Below, one piece after another: positions 59,994 to 64,000 of a stretch of 64,000 bases of DNA. The notes beneath the pieces are model-generated. The model ran no database searches. It saw only the letters and a list, made by a program, of their open reading frames with translations, and was not told the origin of the DNA. This DNA comes from Gemmatimonadota bacterium (lineage in GTDB: Bacteria; Gemmatimonadota; Gemmatimonadetes; Gemmatimonadales; Gemmatimonadaceae): positions 29,774 to 93,773 of the forward strand of contig JAZJZK010000022.1 of assembly GCA_040389905.1 (NCBI GenBank), written 5' to 3'. The number at the start of each line of letters is the position of its first letter. The first letter of the stretch is position 1. A program made the translations under genes and the position numbers.

Positions 59994-60054
59994 GCGTCCA
60001 CTTCAACGCGCATTGGCAACGCATTGGCGAATGGAGGGGCCCGTACCAGCGTTT

Positions 60055-60085
60055 GGTGCAGGCCCTCGCTTCGTTCAGGGCGACA
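60055..60085. repeat. Degenerate family A half copy
   Basis: GGTGCAGGCCCTCGCTTCGTTCAGGGCGACA; a similar remnant lies at ~39089-39114. Confidence 0.5.
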
Positions 60086-60186
60086 AAACGACTACGATTG
60101 CGGGAATTCGGTGACGCTCTCCTCGCGCCATCATGTCATCCTTCCCGCGTGCCCACTTGCAAAAGACTTCCTCCGCCGAGCAGACT

Positions 60187-60804
60187 ATGGCTATGCCTGC
60201 GATCCGTCGTCACTGGACGACTGCCGACGTGCGCGCCCTCACGAGCGAAGAGCGCGCGTGGCCGCGATACGAGCTCATTGATGGCGAACTGTTCGTGACC
60301 CCCGCGCCCGCGTCGACGCATCAGATCGCGTGTGCGGAACTCTGGCGCTTACTCGACGAATACCTCGAGCGCGAACCAGTCGGCATTGCGCTCACGTCTC
60401 CCTCCGATCTCGAGTTGCGCGAAGGAACCATCACGCAGCCCGACGTCTTCGTCTTGCCGCGAGAAACTGAGATAACCGGCGACGTCCTCCTGTGGTCCGA
60501 CGTCAGGTCGCTCTTGCTCGCCGTCGAAATCCTCTCGCCGAGTTCAATACGCACGGACCGCATCAAGAAACGCGACTTCTATCTCGAGAACCACGTCGAG
60601 GAATACTGGATCATCGATGTAGACGCGCGCTTCGTCGAACGGTGGATGCCCCAGAAGGAGCATCCGGAAATCGTTCGACAAGTGCTCCGGTGGACGCCCG
60701 TTGGCGCCGCGCCGCTGGATATCGACCTCGTGAATTACTTCGATCGCATCAGGCACAAGACGAGCATTCTCACGAAACGCGATCAGCGCGCCGGCAACCA
60801 GTAG
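60187..60804 (+). CDS. Uma2 (DUF820) family putative endonuclease
   Basis: RYELIDGEL.VTPAP...HQ, QPDVFV, LAVEILSPS...DR..KR..Y and EYWIID motifs. Confidence 0.92.
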   Translation: MAMPAIRRHWTTADVRALTSEERAWPRYELIDGELFVTPAPASTHQIACAELWRLLDEYLEREPVGIALTSPSDLELREGTITQPDVFVLPRETEITGDVLLWSDVRSLLLAVEILSPSSIRTDRIKKRDFYLENHVEEYWIIDVDARFVERWMPQKEHPEIVRQVLRWTPVGAAPLDIDLVNYFDRIRHKTSILTKRDQRAGNQ

Positions 60805-60866
60805 CTCACCGTGACGGCGAGGAAGTTGTCGCCGGTTACAGCTTTCAACGACTCCGAACCGTCGCG

Positions 60867-62120
60867 CTACCCCGCTGCGATCTCCTTCAGCGCCGCCACG
60901 AAGACATCGAGCTCCTTGGGGGTCGTGAACAATTGCGGCGTGACGCGCACTCCCCGAACCCCTGCGGAGTCGATCGCAACCGTCCACACCTTGTACTTCT
61001 CGAGCAGGCGCCTGGCGAGATCGGCCGGGGGCATCGTACTCACGCCGACATTCGCAATGGCGCACGACCGCCCCGGGTCGCTCGGCGAATTCATCACGAG
61101 GTTCCGCACTCCGCGTACGCGGCTCGTCCAGTACTGCTGCAGATACTTGAGCCGCGCTTCCTTGCGCTTCGTCCCGATACTCTCATGGAACTGGATGGCG
61201 CTCTCGATCGCCAAGTCCGTGTGAACCGGGTGCGTTCCCGTGTGGTTGAGCTTTCGAATATCGGTATCCGGAACGGAGCTATCGGCGTAAATTGGCCATA
61301 ACGATGCAATGCGGTCCGCACGCACGTAGAGAATACCTGTGCCAAGCGGAGCTCCAAGCCACTTGTGCAAACTGGCCCCAAAGTAGTCGGCGCCGAGTTC
61401 CGGTATGCGGAAGTCCATCTGTGCGAAGGTGTGTGCGCCGTCCACCATCACCTGGACGCCGCGTCCGTGCGCCATGTCCACGATCTTGCGAACCGGAAGG
61501 ACGTGGCCGGTAATGTTCACCATGTGACAGACCATCAGCAGCCGCGTTTTCGGCGTGATGGCGCTTTCGTACAGCCGAACGATCTCGTCATCCGACGACG
61601 GATCCATCGGCAGCGAGAGCACGCGATTGACCACACCGTACCGTCGAGCCTGGAGGCGAAACATGTCCAGCATTGCGCCGTAGTCCTGCGCGGCCATCAC
61701 TGCTTCGTCGCCCGCCTTCCAGTCGAAGCCGGCGATCACCGTGTCCAGTGATTCCGTGGTATTCCTGGTGATGATCAGTTCGTCGACGCTACAGCCGGCC
61801 ATCGCGGCGAGCCGTGTTCGCGCGGCGAGCTTGTCGTCGAACTGCCGCGTGCGCATGTAGTGCGACGCCTCGTAGTTGATCTCGCGAACGCGCCCGAGAA
61901 ATGCGTCGAGCACCGGCTGGGATTGCATGCTATAGTAGCCGTTCTCCAGGTTGATATAGGCTGGCGTCAGCCGGTATTTCTCACGGAGCGCGGCCCAGAA
62001 CGTTTCGTCTTCCGCGAGCGCCGCAGGTGGAACCGTCGCGTATTCCGCCCACAGGCGCTCGCCCAGCAATAAACCAATCGAGGCGCCGCCCATGGCGCGA
62101 AGAAACTCTCGTTTGTGCAT
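60867..62120 (-). CDS. Class V PLP-dependent aminotransferase-fold enzyme (isopenicillin-N-epimerase/cysteine-lyase-like) with Tat-like leader
   Basis: INLENG, TRNTTE, VDGAH, SLHKWLGAP.GTG and VRVTP motifs; N-terminus MHKREFLR. Confidence 0.88.
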   Translation of the reverse strand: MHKREFLRAMGGASIGLLLGERLWAEYATVPPAALAEDETFWAALREKYRLTPAYINLENGYYSMQSQPVLDAFLGRVREINYEASHYMRTRQFDDKLAARTRLAAMAGCSVDELIITRNTTESLDTVIAGFDWKAGDEAVMAAQDYGAMLDMFRLQARRYGVVNRVLSLPMDPSSDDEIVRLYESAITPKTRLLMVCHMVNITGHVLPVRKIVDMAHGRGVQVMVDGAHTFAQMDFRIPELGADYFGASLHKWLGAPLGTGILYVRADRIASLWPIYADSSVPDTDIRKLNHTGTHPVHTDLAIESAIQFHESIGTKRKEARLKYLQQYWTSRVRGVRNLVMNSPSDPGRSCAIANVGVSTMPPADLARRLLEKYKVWTVAIDSAGVRGVRVTPQLFTTPKELDVFVAALKEIAAG

Positions 62121-62176
62121 GCGTTTTCTGCCTGAAGGAGTGCGTCATATTGGCGAGATTCGCTGGCGCTCGATAG

Positions 62177-63840
62177 TGTGCGCGCGCTGGTCAGTCGTGT
62201 TCGTCGCCCTGACCGCGACTACCACCGCCGCGCAGCGAGTCCACCGGACCGTCGCCGACGCGCTCACGAATGCGCCCATCGCTGGCACCGTCGTCTGGTT
62301 TGCGGATTCGTCCGGCGGTATGCTCACGCGAACGATATCCAACGATGGCGGCTTCGCGCTCCGCCGGCCGACGGGCGCGGCGCAGTTGCACGCGGTGCGG
62401 ATTGGGTATCGCCCGTTCGTTCGTGCGCTTTCGCCGGCGGATTCGATCGTGGCCCTTCGCCTCGAGCCGCTCCCAGCGATGTTGTCGGGCGTCACGACAC
62501 TAGGTCGTCGCATCTGCCCCGGCGACAAGCGCGCCGACGAAGGCTTCGACCTGTGGGATCAAGCGAGGGCAGCGCTGCTTGCGAGCGTCGTCTCGCGGGA
62601 GTTGCATCCGCCGCTGGTGCGGTTGCTCTCACACGAAAGAACGATCGACCCGTTGAGCCGCCGTGTGGTACACCAGACGGCGAACGCGAAGGAAATGCTC
62701 GTCGACCGCTCGTACGTCGCGGGACGGTCGGCCACCGCGTTTTCCGTTCTCGGATACATGCTCGAGGAGGGCAGCGACCGAATCTTCTATGCACCGGACA
62801 ACGAGACCCTTCTCGACCCAACATTTGCGAACACGCATTGCCTTGCGGCCATACCCGCTGATCGTGATCACGCCGGCCAGCTGGGTATCGCGTTCGAACC
62901 GACTCGCGAAGGGTTTCGCGACACGCTGGTCGATGTGCGAGGTGCCCTTTGGCTCGACCCGGAGTCTCCCGCGCTTCGCTCCATCGAGTTCACGTATACG
63001 GGACTCGAACCGGCGGCGCGTGAAAGCGGAGGGGAGGTCACGTTTGCACAGATGCCAAACGGAACGTCCCTGGTTCAGCATTGGAGCATTCATACAGCGA
63101 TCATCGCCGTGGACGAATCGCGCGACGACGGGATCCGACGTCGGCCGCCTCCGCGAGAGCTCAGGCGCAATAGGCGTGTGACGGCGCTGCACGAAGCGGG
63201 AGGCGACGTCGCGTCCGCATCCTGGCCGGACGGCACGAGCTGGCACGGCGAGTACCCCCGCATCGTCGGGCTCCTCACGGATGCCGCAGGCGAGCCGGTT
63301 GTCGGCGCGCGCGTGTGGATCGCCAAATCACGCGATACTGTGACGACGGATTCTGCGGGCCGGTTCGCCTTTCCCTACATGTCGCCCGGACTGTATGCCG
63401 TCCTCGGCTCAGACAGTGTGCTTGCCGCCGCGGGGCTCAGCTTGACGACAACCAATTGGGTCGCTCTGGACGGCAGCATGGAAAAGCATGTCCGGCTCGC
63501 CATGTTCCCGCGCACCGAGGTGCTACGACAACTGTGCGGCGCGGCGACCTATGTGCCGGGAATGGGCGTGGTGATCGGTACCGCCACGGATGCCGTCGGG
63601 AACCCAGCAGCCAAGGCACGAATCGACGTATGGCAGCGCTACCAGACGGCACGCGTCGAACTGTTTCGTCAGGTGAACGTCGGGGAGGCCGGGCCCGACG
63701 GGCGCTTCGTCATCTGCGGTACGCCGTTCGACCAACGCATTCGCGTTCGCCTGTCGACGGCGACCGAGAGCGCGGAGTTCGTGGTGGACTGGACGAGCGA
63801 TGTCTTCGCTGCGAGGGTGGTTTTGAGGCCGACGCCTTGA
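62177..63840 (+). CDS. Secreted protein with carboxypeptidase-regulatory-like (transthyretin-fold) domains
   Basis: Repeated D....PI.GA.V...T..DG.F and RIGYRP modules; start uncertain (ORF open from 62092). Confidence 0.7.
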
Positions 63841-63857
63841 ACGTCAAAGGCATTGAC

Positions 63858-63884
63858 CACAGAGGACACAGAGGAACACAGAGG
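63858..63884 (+). repeat. Short tandem repeat, three copies of CACAGAGG
   Basis: Copies at 63858, 63867 and 63877. Confidence 0.7.
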
Positions 63885-64000
63885 ACAGCATTGACGCAAA
63901 TCGCGGGAAAAAAACTTTGAACGCAGAGGTGCGTCAATTTGCTTTTGAGGGTCTTCTCCCGATCGAGTGGGTGAATTTGGATAAGAAATCGGCCGCAGGC

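Noticed and set aside
60187..60804. Uma2 gene as part of a restriction or defence system
   Set aside because: It stands alone with no methylase or partner; such genes are commonly scattered.

Overview
High-GC bacterial chromosomal window. Gene content and protein style resemble Gemmatimonadota, which is an inference from pattern only. Positions 1-26 kb are mostly housekeeping genes (argS 5' end, methylmalonyl-CoA mutase, fbp, comEC, miaB, cdd, deoB, alr, mazG, asnS, recG, ftsY, two histidine kinases). A two-gene cassette (degenerate Mur-ligase/alanine-racemase fusion plus an enolase-family dipeptide epimerase) sits between alr and mazG. It is bounded by a decayed ~66-bp direct repeat, and the neighbouring stand-alone alr has Met in place of its PLP-binding Lys. 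Positions 26-50 kb hold a dense cluster of exported peptidases (M14, M19, S9, GGT-like, M28, M1, tricorn S41) with a TonB-dependent receptor and an MFS transporter. Six of these enzymes carry Gly-rich GGRGG loop insertions. This region also has two VapBC modules and a yigZ with an in-frame TAG. Positions 50.6-60 kb encode a ~3,130-aa secreted protein with adjacent cohesin and dockerin domains followed by Ig-like domains and five RCC1/BLIP-II-type propellers. Intergenic DNA holds a REP-like palindrome family, a second short-period repeat family and a ~250-bp GGGCNN hairpin. I recognised no rRNA, tRNA, CRISPR array, integrase or transposase. All calls come from reading motifs by eye, with no database searches.
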